A DNA stretch of 22,868 nucleotides, taken from NCBI RefSeq assembly GCF_000181795.1, contig NW_003526947.1, positions 1,162,029 through 1,184,896 on the forward strand, read 5' to 3'. This document shows, piece after piece, positions 1 through 11,567 of this stretch. Position numbers and translations under genes: made by a program. The notes beneath the pieces were generated by a model. It had not been told where the DNA came from. It made no database searches and saw nothing but the letters and a program-made list of their open reading frames with translations. Position 1 is the stretch's first letter. Every line of letters begins with the position of its first letter. The stretch comes from Trichinella spiralis (lineage: Eukaryota).

Positions 1-29
1 ATTGCTTTTTTCCCTTTTTTTATATTAAG

Positions 30-332
30 ATGTTCGAAATTATTTCACCTACGAAGGTTCCCTTACCACCCCGCCGTGTAATGAATGCGTAATTTGGACA
101 ATCTTTCAGACACCGATTGCAATGTCCTCTTCCCAAGTACCGTACACGGAAGCGTCGTATGTTATGCAAATTTTTCTCAATGCATGCATGCATTTTTCAG
201 CTCGATGCTTTCCGCTCGTTGAAGACATGCTGTGAGACATTGAACGGCAAAAGAAATATCCTCTGCAACGTTCGTCCAGTGCAGCCGTTGAACGGCCGTT
301 TGGTACGCTGCAACAGAAAGTGCAGCAAGTGA
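30..332 (+). CDS. Alpha-carbonic anhydrase, last two exons (gene starts upstream of the window)
   Basis: Exons 30-136 and 201-332 with a GT..TTTTTCAG intron at 137-200. Translation includes NYFTYEGSLTTPPCNECVIWTIF and NVRPVQPLNGRLV, matching the alpha-CA YxGSLTTPPC and NxRPxQPLNGR motifs. TGA at 330-332, AATAAA at 465-470. Confidence 0.93.
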
Positions 333-1061
333 AAAACATGGCGCACATCGAAATTTATTTTCCCTTATCCGGCACAAGCATCCGTGAAATTATGCATAAG
401 TTTGAACAAAGTAAATTACTTATCACACGAATTAGCATGATTTCATTGTTTTTATATTTTTATCAATAAAGGTGCGTTTTCTGTTGTTTGGTAGACTGTA
501 CTACTTTCATGGGTTTTTTTGGAAGTATTATGTTAATTTTATCATTTTCAGACTATCACGTGTCATCAGTGGGCTATTTTTACACGGAAAGATGAATTTC
601 ATTTTGTACATTTTATCACATTTTTAATTTTGCACTCTGACTCGGCATGTTGATTCATTCAAAAAATGCTTTTCATACTTCGATGTTTAATTTTACGAAG
701 AAAAAAATAGTAAAAGTTGGTTGGCTTTGTACAAAATTGCTCATGCATTGCTAACGCATCAAATACTTTTTTTGTGAATAAATTTAACAATTTTGGAGAA
801 CTTTTATGAATTTCTTTTTTTGAAAATAATTTCACACAATGTATGGAATTTTATTACTGATGATTAAGCATTTGGTTTTTGATTTTTTTTTGTTTTCTTT
901 TTTCATATGAATAGATTGAATAAGTTTTTGATCATACTGTGAAATGGCAATAATTTTCCCCTGTTTTACCTGCGATGCTGTATTTTTTGTACTGGTTTGT
1001 AATTATTGCCAGTGTTTCTTGGTGAACTATTTATGTTGCTATCTGTTTTGACAGTTTTCAG

Positions 1062-1134
1062 GTGAAGGTGAAATCGCGGAACTGAACGGTGGGTGACAAG
1101 CCTTTTACTTCTGTTGAAAAACTGTTTGTTGCTG
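1062..1134 (+). other. Putative non-coding (5' UTR or lncRNA) exon
   Basis: TTTTCAG acceptor ends at 1061 and G/GTAAGA donor starts at 1135. The segment is more GC-rich than its flanks and has stops in all three frames. Confidence 0.35.
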
Positions 1135-1662
1135 GTAAGACGATGAAAATTATTCAGATTTTTTACACCGCGCTATTTGCATTTCATCAGCAATAACAAT
1201 GCAACGATTCAATTTTTAAATGCTCACATTATCAACATAATAATATTTATCATACAAGTGACCCATAGTGAAATGGATTTCTATTTTTGCACATTTTCAG
1301 TATTGATCAATTATTATTTGTATTCAATTTGAATAATTTGGACTAATTTACGTAACAATAATGATAATCATATTTTTTGCATATATATTTAAATAATCCA
1401 ACGGACGAACACTGCCTTTGTAAAATATTATTGCAATTTGCTTGTTTGCAACAGTTTTTTATTAGCATTGATTATTTGAACTTTCAAAAGAAGAAAGAAA
1501 TACCAAAAATTAAGGATTAAAAATAAATTCTGCACGAAATATTTTACGGTTTTTATAAAATACTTTTCCATTTTACATTCAGATACACACATGCACGCAC
1601 TTGCTGAATATTATGTTGAAAATTATTGCAATATTATTTAAAACTTGAAATATTCCTTGATG

Positions 1663-1678
1663 GTGTGTGTGTGTGTGT
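1663..1678. repeat. (GT)8 microsatellite
   Basis: Read directly. Confidence 0.9.
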
Positions 1679-2844
1679 ATAAGCAGAATATAGGTAAGAA
1701 AATACACATGCTAATTAAAGTTGAAAAAGGCACGCCAATTTTCCATTCTGCATTCAATAGTATCAAGAATGATTTATTTTAATTTGCATGAGATCTGTCA
1801 CCTTATCAGTAGACATTGTTTTTTATTTGATACTTGGTTTAAATTTTGCCAACAAATTTAGCTTTATTGGTTGACAGTGGAAAGAAATTACTGAGAAAAT
1901 TGTTACCAGCTTTTCTAGTTGGTATCAGTGAATTCTGGATTTGAAACTGATGGAATGCTATTTGGAGAACTGGAAGAATCTGGAGTGTCTAGTTTTATTC
2001 ACTTTTATTCTTCTGATCAAGTATTACAACTGAGCAATAATTTACCGTGGAATGTACAGCGATTTTCTTTCTCCTATTAATTAATTCACTGCAACTAACA
2101 ACTAATTGATAAATTGTTTCATCTGTTTACAAAAGTTAGTCTGTCTGAAAGAATATTTAAAAAATTTTCTACATTCATTAATTTTCAATAATTATTCAAA
2201 AGTTGATCAGTTGATTTTATCAGTTTTTCTTTCTTTCTTTTCTTTATTATTGCCATGGTTAATATTTTCCATTGTAAATTATTGTGCCAGTTGAAATTTA
2301 CCGCTAATATTTGAAATGAAGTTTTAATTTGTCGAAAAAAAAACGTTTGATAGTATGAGTTTTTGATTCTAGTGATGAAAATTTTCAATTTTAAATTTAA
2401 CAATAAAAACAACAAAAGCACCAGTACAGTGTAGTAAGGTTGTACATTGTAAATTGTCAAGCTTTTCGTTGAATGGAAAATAATGATAATTTGTTGTCCA
2501 ATCAGGTAAGTAACAGTCTTGAAAAGAGGTAATTCATGTACAACTTTGTCTGCAGTTGTGATTAATAATTGCGATTGGTCGTTTGAAAAATGAGACACAC
2601 CTACACGCTCAGGGCGATGGTTTCGTGTGTACAATGTTCTGCTATTCATTTGTGTTTGTCAGTTTTCGCTGCGAAACGCTCATTACAACATACTGAAGCG
2701 GCGGCAATTTGTCAAATATTTGCATACTCTAAAACTCTACTATATTGTGCGGTAATTGGATGTTTTTCAGAAATCAGCATAAGCATACAACGGAGCAAGT
2801 GATCCAATAGCTGCCTAATTGGATAACCGAGAGCTCGAAGAACA

Positions 2845-5800
2845 ATGCCAATTTACAGTACTATAGGAGATGTAAAAATTGAAGAGCTGACGTTGCACGA
2901 ATATGTTCTCAACGCTGTTGTCCATTATGATGAACAAACCCTACTGTGCGTAAGTAGAAATTTTAATACATCTATATCTGTTCTATTGTATTGTATTGTA
3001 TTGTATTGTACTGATTGAAGTTTATTTCGTCATTTCCTATCAATGAATTCAGTCACTTTCAGCAGACAAATTTGGCAACATTTCAACAGACCAAAGGAAA
3101 AATGTATTTCAATAACTTTTAAATTCATCTCAGCATTTTACTTTATGTTAAGAAATCTTCAGTTCAAACTTGAAGATCCCTTTTGTAAGTGGACTGTACA
3201 CAAAGCTAACTTTCTAAGAAGAAATTCTTGTATAATAATATGTTTTTTGTTATTGAATTTTATTTTATTTCATTCTATTAAAAAATGAATGAATAAATTA
3301 TATGAGTTTTATGAGATTTGAGCGAGATGTTTTGTGAGCGTGAAAATAATTCAAACGAAGATAAAATTTTGAGGTGCAGATTGAAGCAAGGCAAATGAAA
3401 TTTGCCCTTTAATAATTTGTCTTTCTCTAGATTCGATCATCACGAATGAAAAGCATACACGTACTTTCACTTTTGAATAGAGCGTTTGTTATAAAACTGA
3501 ACGCATATAATATAGCGTTCATTATCTGTGCTCATTATATTTCAAATATTATTTATTGTTTTTTTTTGAAAATTTTGTTTGCAAAGCGATAATATTTCAA
3601 AGCTTAGAATGAATTGTTGTTTCAACACAAAAATATTACTGAATGCATCTGTTGATTTTATTGGCCATAGGCATGTCACTGATCTTATCTGACGAATTTT
3701 CGAAGTACATACCGTTGCTGAAGAAAGAATCAGCTTGAAATGAAATTCCAGATGAAAGTGCAATCTGTGAACTTTTAGATTGACAGTGAAACGGGAAAAT
3801 CGTACACTTGCCGAGATGTGATTTTAATTATCCAAGCAATTGCAATGTGGCTTGATGGAAAAGTGAAAAAAGGTGACGTGGTTGTGATCTGCTCATCCAA
3901 CACACCATATTTCATGTTCACTTTGCTGGCGGTCTTGTTGCACGGTGCTGTGGTCTCAGCGGTCAGTGCAACTCTCACATCTCGTATGTGATTGATTCAC
4001 AATGTTGATCAGTATCTTTTTTTTGAATTTTTTTCAAAATTGTTCTAATAATATGTTTTTCATTCTTGTGTGAATGGACCATTTGCCATGGGTTTTAAAT
4101 CGAATCACTTTCTGTGTGAAATGTTTAATTTTTAGGTGAAATGAGCTACCAATTCAAAGAATGTCAGTGCAAATTTGTTGTCACGGAAAGTGAAAATAAA
4201 AATAACGTCTTGAAAGCGTGCGAACATCTTCCTGATCAAATTCAAGTAATAAATGATTGGATCAATTAATTTGTGCACAGTAGAGAAAATTTTTTAAGCA
4301 CATATTCGACATGGATGATTTTTCAAATCTGCTCTTGAATGAGGACGGCCGAAGTGCAGAGACGGTGGTTCGAGAACTGTTGGTGAATTTTCGCTTCGTC
4401 ACCGCCAACGATTTGGCTATGATGATGTTCTCCAGCGGAACTACCGGATACCCGAAAGCAGTGATGCTCACCCACTGCAACGTTTCTTCTGTTGTTCAGA
4501 TACTGAAATGGTAATGGAAATTTCAAATCAACTTTAACAGCATATTTTTTCTTTACAATTACAAAACTAACGTTACTAGACTAATATTCTCATCAATATT
4601 GCTTTCAATTATTATAAATAACTCTTTTATTTCAAATTAGAGACTGAATTTGGATTCCTTTTCCAACTTTATTTTAGATTGAATATAATTTTTTAAATAT
4701 TATGAACAAGAAAAAACCCTGTTCAAATGATAAAGTGCTTTTCTTCTATGCATTCTTCTTTTAAGTGATGCTTTTCAACTGATTCCTGAGCAAAACAAAG
4801 TGATTTTGGGCTACTTGCCATTCTATCACATCTATGGCAATGTTCTATTTCTACTTGGCATTGTTAGCGGTTGCAAAATTGTGACTATGGAACATTTCAA
4901 ATTTGAAATCTTTCTGCAGCTCATTGAAAAATTCAAAGTAATCCGGAAATTCCATGCGCATTTGCTCGGCATTTTATTTTATGTTGTTGCAGATTGAAAA
5001 TTTGTTTGTGGTCCCTCCCGTTCTTGTAATGCTTTTGAAACATTCGAATGTCGACAAGCATGATATCAGTTCTGTAAAGAAGATAATTGTTGGCGCTGCA
5101 CCAATTGGAAAAGACCTGTTCGATGAAGTAACGAAAAAATTTACTCACATAAAATCTATTGTGCAAGGTAAATGGCAAAGCTATATTTTATGTAGAGATC
5201 CGTAAAGGCATTTCACTAGGATATGGCATGACTGAAGTCAGTGGAGTTTCTCATATTACAGAGCCTTTTTCTGTGAAAGTTCGAAAAGGTAGCTGCGGTC
5301 GTTTACTACCAAACTACGAATGTAAAGTAAGCTTTTCCACATACCTTATTGTTTAACGATTATTTCTACCTTCAATGCGAACTGTTCAATTCAGTTGCTA
5401 TAACATTGATATGCATAAAAATGAATAAATAATTTTTTTTGCTATCTACTGCAATTATTGAAGGTAATAGACATAGAAAGTGGTGAGGAACTGCCTGCGG
5501 GAAAAAGTGGAGAAATTTGCTTGCGCAGTCCTACATGCACGATTGGCTATTTTGGGAATTCGGCAGCTACACAACAGTTGATCGACAAAAATGGCTGGAT
5601 CCATACTGGTATGTATGTACATCATTAATTACTTAGTAGAAATTATTTAATCAAAGACTTTTTTATTGGTTAGGCGACATCGGCTATTACGATGAAGATG
5701 GTGATTTTTTCATTCAGGATCGTATTAAGGAGATGATTAAAGTTAAAGGCTTTCAGGTGGTGTAATTTATAAGCACAACTGAGCAGAAAATCAGATTCTT

Positions 5801-6148
5801 GTTTAGCTTTGTCCTGCTGAACTGGAAGAATTGCTGCTATCCTTTCCCGACATAACCGATGCAGCTGTTGTCGGAATTCCTGATACATACTGTGGTGAAG
5901 TTCCATTTGCATTTGTTGTAAAAAAGCCAAATTCAGCTATAACTGCGTTGGAAATAGCAAAAAATATAGAAAGTATGAAGTGTTTGAAAAATGACAATGT
6001 AAAACTTTTATTTTCAGAACAAGTGGCCAGCTATAAGCATCTGGCTGAAAAGCATATTGCATTTGTCGAATCCATACCTAAAGCTTCCACCGGCAAAATT
6101 CTTAGACGAAAACTGCGAGAGCTCATTCAGTTCCAACCAAAAATTTAG
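2845..6148 (+). CDS. 4-coumarate-CoA ligase-like / luciferase-like acyl-CoA synthetase (ANL adenylate-forming family), about 536 aa, 11 exons
   Basis: Exons 2845-2949, 3779-3983, 4136-4245, 4299-4510, 4766-4937, 4993-5167, 5220-5326, 5464-5608, 5674-5756, 5807-5972, 6018-6148 (1611 nt, frame-consistent, all GT-AG). Motifs: [12 protein letters not shown] (AMP-binding P-loop), [63 protein letters not shown] (catalytic Lys). Confidence 0.93.
2984..3010. repeat. (TATTG)5 pentanucleotide repeat in the first coding intron of the acyl-CoA ligase
   Basis: Read directly. Confidence 0.9.
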
Positions 6149-6396
6149 GCCTCAACATGAAAAATAACCAAACTCTACTAATTGAACGTTTTCTATTCTG
6201 CATTTCGTTTCATGCATAAAAATTAGCCTCATATAGTAATGCAAATTTCTAAGTGATTTCTATAGACAACTATCAGAGCACGATTCCGGCAAATAGAGGT
6301 GGTGGAAAAATGTTGTAAATTTCAATTTTATTTATTTGAAAAACTGAGACAAAATAACTGAAAAACCACTTTAAAAAACCATCTGTCATGTCTCGG

Positions 6397-6410
6397 GTGT
6401 GTGTGTGTGT
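6397..6410. repeat. (GT)7 microsatellite
   Basis: Read directly. Confidence 0.85.
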
Positions 6411-7456
6411 ACTGATAGTGCTTGTATCTGTTTGTGAATAAACGATAAAGACCAGAGATATGCCTCGCTTGGGTGACCGACAAAGATTATTGTGACACTG
6501 GATGTTACAACAAGTACACCATGAAACTACTCGGCATAAAAGCCGACAAAGTAAGAAATTGAAATAAGAAACTACAAACAACCAAGCATTGAAAAATTTT
6601 CAAAAAACAACGTATACTACGCCAGAACAAACACACTTCAAATGATCGTATCTGTTTGTTACTGATCTGAAAGTGATCATATGAAATTTAGAATTGTAAA
6701 TTCACTTAAGTGAAGTGTTGTAATTTCCTTTTACTTTTACAGACATTTCTGAAATATCAATTAATTAATTATCAAATTAATTAACAAACTTAGGTTACTA
6801 AATTTGACTGAGAGTTTGTAAACAATTGTTTGTAGTCGTACAGTTAGTTCGTTGCTTGTGTAATGAAATAATATTAATTAATTTTGGTAAATGTCAATCA
6901 AACCTTTATTTGGAAAACATTTTGAAACTGATGAAAATAAATTTCTAACATAATAGCACTATATATATAATCTGAAATCATACAATGAGTCATTTGAAAA
7001 AATGACGGTTTAAAAAAACCTAACGCTGCTTGCTCAAAGCGAGCAGCGGAGTGGGAAATCAACTGACCACTGACTGCACTTAGAAACGTCATATGACAGA
7101 ATGACGGAAGCAGAGCAGTGCAATGAAGAAGCGTTGGCGGTACGATGAATCAGACAGACAGAGTAAACTAATTATGCAGTGTCTCCTGGTCATGACTTCA
7201 CTCACTGTTCAAATATTTTACACTGTATTCATGCATAATAATAGTAATAATAATATATAAATTGTATATTTTTTGATGTATTAGAGTTAATTTTATAATC
7301 ATAATTATAATTTATCGTTTTCCTATTTTTATAACTTTATGATATGCACAATTCAATACAGTAATTTTGTTTTTACTTGCATTACACATTTCTACCGTAT
7401 GGTGATAAACTTTGTCATTTTTATTCAGTTGTGTTGCTGTGAGCGGTTGTGTTGTG

Positions 7457-9661
7457 ATGGGCAAAGAAAAGCAGTTGGAAGTGAAGTTTGATAATCCAGT
7501 AGCTGTATTTTACTCTGGAAACAGCATAACTGGAAAAGTGTGCCTTGACCTCTCTGACAGCATGAAAGTTCAGTGTACGTATATGTATATGTTGTTTATG
7601 GACATTTTGATTTTATCAAAGTTGTAATATTTGTTTCATTTTTTTGGTTTTGTTTATTTTTAATTTTGATTTACTGATAATGCTGAATTATTAGAGCTTT
7701 CCAAACGAAATTCTACTCTCCTTCTTTCTGTAGTTCGTTTTATTATTTAATGTATAAAATTTTATTTAACAATAAATGATTATATTTCAATGATTGATTG
7801 ATTGATTGATTGATTAATCAATAGTTGTCTTAATTAGTGATAAACATGAATGAAACGTGAATGAGTTGAATGTGCGAAATGAATGAATGTTATCGTAACG
7901 GTCGGCATTGAATTGTCTTTGAGTTTGTTTTAGAATAAATTGTAAAAAAATCAATCTAAAAGTTCAATTTCAGTTTTGTTTTTCAAATTGATTTTATTTT
8001 ACGACTGTTCTCTGTTTTTGATTATGAATCATCCATGACCTCGCTTTGCATTTTTTTATTTTTTTGTCATTTTATTGGTTTCCCGTTGTAAAATTGTCTG
8101 AATTTATGTCAGTAGACTTTCTGACTTACGAGCGATGCAGATGTGTTTTTCATTTAATTTTTGCTGTTTATGTATATTAAATTGTTTGTTGATCAGTGTG
8201 ATGTTATCGTTTGTAGATTTTTTTTATTGAGTTGATGATTGAAAAATATTTTTAAGCTATAAAGGTGCAACTGTTCGGTGAAGCTGTGGTTTATGCCAGT
8301 AAAAAGCCTGGAGGTTTACGAATCGGATATAGACGATCTGCGCAACGCCAAGTGTACATCGATGAATCAAAATGTTTGTTTGGAGGTGAGCAGTGCATAA
8401 TTTCATCACTTACAGGAGATTTTTATACGGAAAGAAATGTTGAAAATTTTCAATAAGAATGATTTTCAGATGCTACAAGTAGTGGTAAATATTTTGTATT
8501 GCCGAAAGGACTTCGTGAGTATCCGTTCAGTTTTGAAACATTTTCTATTTTGCCATCGTCGTTCGAAAGTTCAATGGGATATGTTCGATTTTGGTGTCGA
8601 GCCTCGCTGCAGGGGCGATGGAAGACGCTTCACTCAAACAAACTGCCATTGACTATGGTTGGTATTCTCAACTTGAATAATGTACCTGAAGCGTTTGTGA
8701 GTTTCCAATGTCCATTTGATTACTGCATATTCGGTTATTCGGCTATTAATTATTCTATGCATTAGGTAATGCAAAGTGCTAGTTTGAATGAATCGTTCGG
8801 CTTTTTACGTTCGTTGTTTTCGTGCGCTAGCGGCGGACTCATGGTCACTGTGAATTTGAACCGAGGTGCATTTGTTCCTGGTGAGAGAATTATTATCAGT
8901 GCGGAGGTGAGCAATTATTCAACCAGAAGAATTCGTTCTACCGAAGCTTATCTACAACAGGTAAACAATAACTTTCATAATTCTTTCACACACACACACA
9001 CGCATATTCTCTGACTATTATAGAATTTGGGTTACGTAAACAAAGGAGTGGTAAGCTTGTACCAAGGTATCAGCAAAATTGGTCGAATTGAAAAGCCAGC
9101 AATAGAGATTGGACAGGTACAAAATTGGATTGGAGAAGAGTTGACAGTGCCAGCTTTGCCACCGACCAATTTGGCTACTTGCGATTTGATCAAAATCAGC
9201 TACTTATTAACTGTAATAATAATAATAATAATAATAATTTTTATATAAATAAATCAATTAATTAAACTTTCTTTATGGAAAAATTAAAAATCAAATTTTT
9301 GTTGCAGTTTTTGATCAACTTTGAAGGCGTGCGTTCATCGGTTCTCAACATCCCGATTATTATCGGCACTGTTCCAAGAGAACCGAATCGTGAAACTTCT
9401 GTTGAACAACCGTCAGCTCCGGACAGTGTTGTGCCATCGGCGCCGGATATTCAGCATATTTTAGGACGTAAGTTTAATTAACGAAACAGTGATCCAGTTT
9501 GTAGATCTTTTTCAACTACAGCACCACCATCTTACGAAGTATGCGTTGGCATGGATACAGCTGACTTTGGTGACGATGAGAATTCCACAGCTGAAGACGA
9601 CAACATTGTCAACTATCGACCACTGTATCCGACCTATCCATCTATCATCAGTGGTGCATAA
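7457..9661 (+). CDS. Alpha-arrestin (arrestin domain-containing protein, ARRDC/arrd family), about 385 aa, 7 exons
   Basis: Exons 7457-7574, 8257-8385, 8470-8696, 8766-8960, 9024-9212, 9308-9467, 9522-9661 (1158 nt, in frame). Arrestin_N features: VFYSGNSITGKV, LPKGLREYPFSF, LPSSFESSMGYVRF. Arrestin_C features: RGAFVPGERIIISAEVSNYS, VPALPPT, LIKISY, IPIIIGTVP. The tail has PSAP twice and PPSY. An acceptor ends at 7428, just before the ATG. Confidence 0.92.
7791..7814. repeat. (TGAT)6 microsatellite in arrestin intron 1
   Basis: Read directly. Confidence 0.9.
8987..9001. repeat. (CA)7 microsatellite in an arrestin intron
   Basis: Read directly. Confidence 0.85.
9214..9237. repeat. (TAA)8 microsatellite starting inside a splice donor of the arrestin gene
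   Basis: Read directly; it explains the poly-Ile in ORF 9027..9248. Confidence 0.9.
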
Positions 9662-9948
9662 AACAACGATGGAGTTCCATTTGACGTCATTCTTTTTTCT
9701 TTTTTTTATCATTTTTACGAGATATTTTATCTTATTTCAAAATATATTCCACAAATTTAACACGTTATTCAACTTGCATGTTTTATTACTTCTCTAAATT
9801 GTCTCATTTTTCAATTATAAATATTTTCCACTGAAGCGATAAATTGTTTTAAAAAAAATAATAATAATAAAATCCACTATTATTCTTTTCATATCTTTGA
9901 ATTTTCAGTCACGTTCAAAACCAGTAGTAGCCCAGTGGAATCAGTCGA

Positions 9949-11567
9949 TCATTCAGTATTACTCATGGCATGCTTGTAAAGTGACGCGACGGCAATGGCC
10001 GCGTTCTTGATCATATCCTGACGATGCAAGGTAATCGTATTCGGAAACCATTGCCATGGATTAATTCCAAAATGGGAAATTGTCTGCTCAACAGAAACGG
10101 AAAAACCGGGCGTTTCTGGGGAAAAAGTTTTGCCTTCGGAACATTTCTGAAAAATCATAACAAGCATTTGTATTGAAATTAAACTAACCCAAGCGTATTC
10201 GTACTCGCATGTGAGAAATCAGATTGGCATGCATCGGTGTCAGTTGAGTGTAGACGTACGTTTCGTGGCTCAGTTCGCGTACGTTCAAATAAACGCAATC
10301 ACAGTGAAACCATCTGAAACAAAAGATAAATATTGGGGATTTTTCTTTAAATCGCATGTTGAAATAATCAAAGTAATAATCATCTCACGTGTCTGCATGC
10401 AATTCTACCACGAAATTTTCAATTGTTATCACCGGCTGACTGTCATCAATTGTTTGCAGATTTATATCCCTGATCTGCGCCACTCTCCGACGGGCGCACT
10501 GAAAAGAAAAGAAAAAATACATGATACAAAATTGGTTAATAATTGCAAAAATATGTTCAGCAACCAGCAAGGCACTCTGAAAGCCCAACGGCGTCAACGG
10601 CAAATCGGGCAGTTGGGTCCGATTGATCGCCTCAACATCGATACTTTTCAACACGGTTTGCATAGCCGAACGTACAGCAAACAATTCCGCTTCTGCTGAA
10701 GTAATCAAATATGCCATTGTCCACGTTTTTTCTGTACCTGAAAACAATAATTTCGATTTAAATACAATCTAACAGTGGAAAAGGTACAAATTACTGCTGC
10801 TGCTGCTGTTGCTGAGATAGTCTTTCATCTGAGGATCTAGGGTCATTATTACGGTACCTACAGAATCCTTGAAAAAGAAAAAAAACAAAAGCCAAAATCC
10901 GGTAACTTTCACTTTCATTTCATACAACTGAATGCTAACCTTTGCTTTCGAGGCTACTGTATTCAAAAAATTATTGTTCGAAACGGTATCTTTCAACCAA
11001 CGCCAAACTGACGGTGTGTAGTCGTAGATATTCTTTTGAATGGCCGGCAAATTTTCACACTCACTGTAATTCACATCCATAGTAATGCTGACATCCTGAT
11101 CTGGCGGCCTGTCCACGGCTAGCGACATTGAAACATTTTCATCAGAAACCAACAAATTGCAACTAGGCGACAAATCCGGAACCGTCGGAACTGGCAATGG
11201 CGGATCCAAAGGAGCCTGACTTTTCGCCGACGTAGTAGGGATTTGCGAAGACAACGAAGGTGTATATTCACGCCCCATGATCGTTGCAAATGCAGGAAGT
11301 TCACTGGGGGGAGGAATATTTGAAACTGCAATTCAATCACAGTAATCGTATTTGGGAAAATATTTCAAAAGATGAAATAGTACAAGAAATAAGTCTGTGA
11401 ACTTATTTTTTGTTCTTGCAAAAATAAGTTATAAATAAACTGAAAGTTGACAACACAGTTGAAAAATTCTTACAAGATAAAGTTTTCGCAGTGGTAGACG
11501 ACGAAACGGCGCTTCTGGGAGGATTCGTTAAATCCGACTGATTGACATTATTGGTCTGTTCTGCCAT
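9949..11567 (-). CDS. PRRC1: PRRC1-like protein (Pro/Ser-rich N-terminus, C-terminal YjjX/NTPase_I-T-like domain), about 380 aa, 7 exons
   Basis: Minus-strand exons 11567-11474, 11325-10940, 10867-10795, 10737-10565, 10498-10389, 10313-10205, 10146-9949 (1143 nt, in frame). Contains WRWLKDTVSNNNFLNTVASKAK-DSVGTVIMTLDPQMKDYL, resembling the PRRC1 conserved block, plus PLGFQSALLCARRR, IENFVVELHADTWF and AVASLYK. Family call is from recalled motifs. Confidence 0.82.

Noticed and set aside
106..377. Minus-strand ORFs 106-348 and 177-377
   Set aside because: Antisense shadows of the carbonic anhydrase exons.
1583..1680. Possible hairpin between ATACACACATGCAC and the (GT)8 tract
   Set aside because: Low-complexity complementarity with a long loop; no evidence of a structured RNA.
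2106..3763. ORFs 2106-2294, 2185-2649, 2590-2802, 3043-3288 and 3542-3763
   Set aside because: AT-rich F/L/I/K-biased translations in intergenic or intronic DNA with no recognisable motifs.
2845..6148. Bioluminescence, or plant-type phenylpropanoid function by horizontal transfer
   Set aside because: 4CL/luciferase-like ligases are widespread in animals, and this gene has ten native-style introns; the motifs do not indicate luciferase activity.
6273..7092. Minus-strand ORFs 6273-6581 and 6898-7092
   Set aside because: No ATG-supported, motif-bearing product; one ORF runs through a microsatellite.
30..9661. Operon of carbonic anhydrase, ligase and arrestin (three consecutive + strand genes)
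   Set aside because: Stop-to-start gaps of about 2.5 kb and 1.3 kb are long for a nematode operon, and nothing in the sequence shows polycistronic processing.
10211..10699. 162-aa plus-strand ORF
   Set aside because: Antisense to PRRC1 exons and introns, with no independent coding signal.
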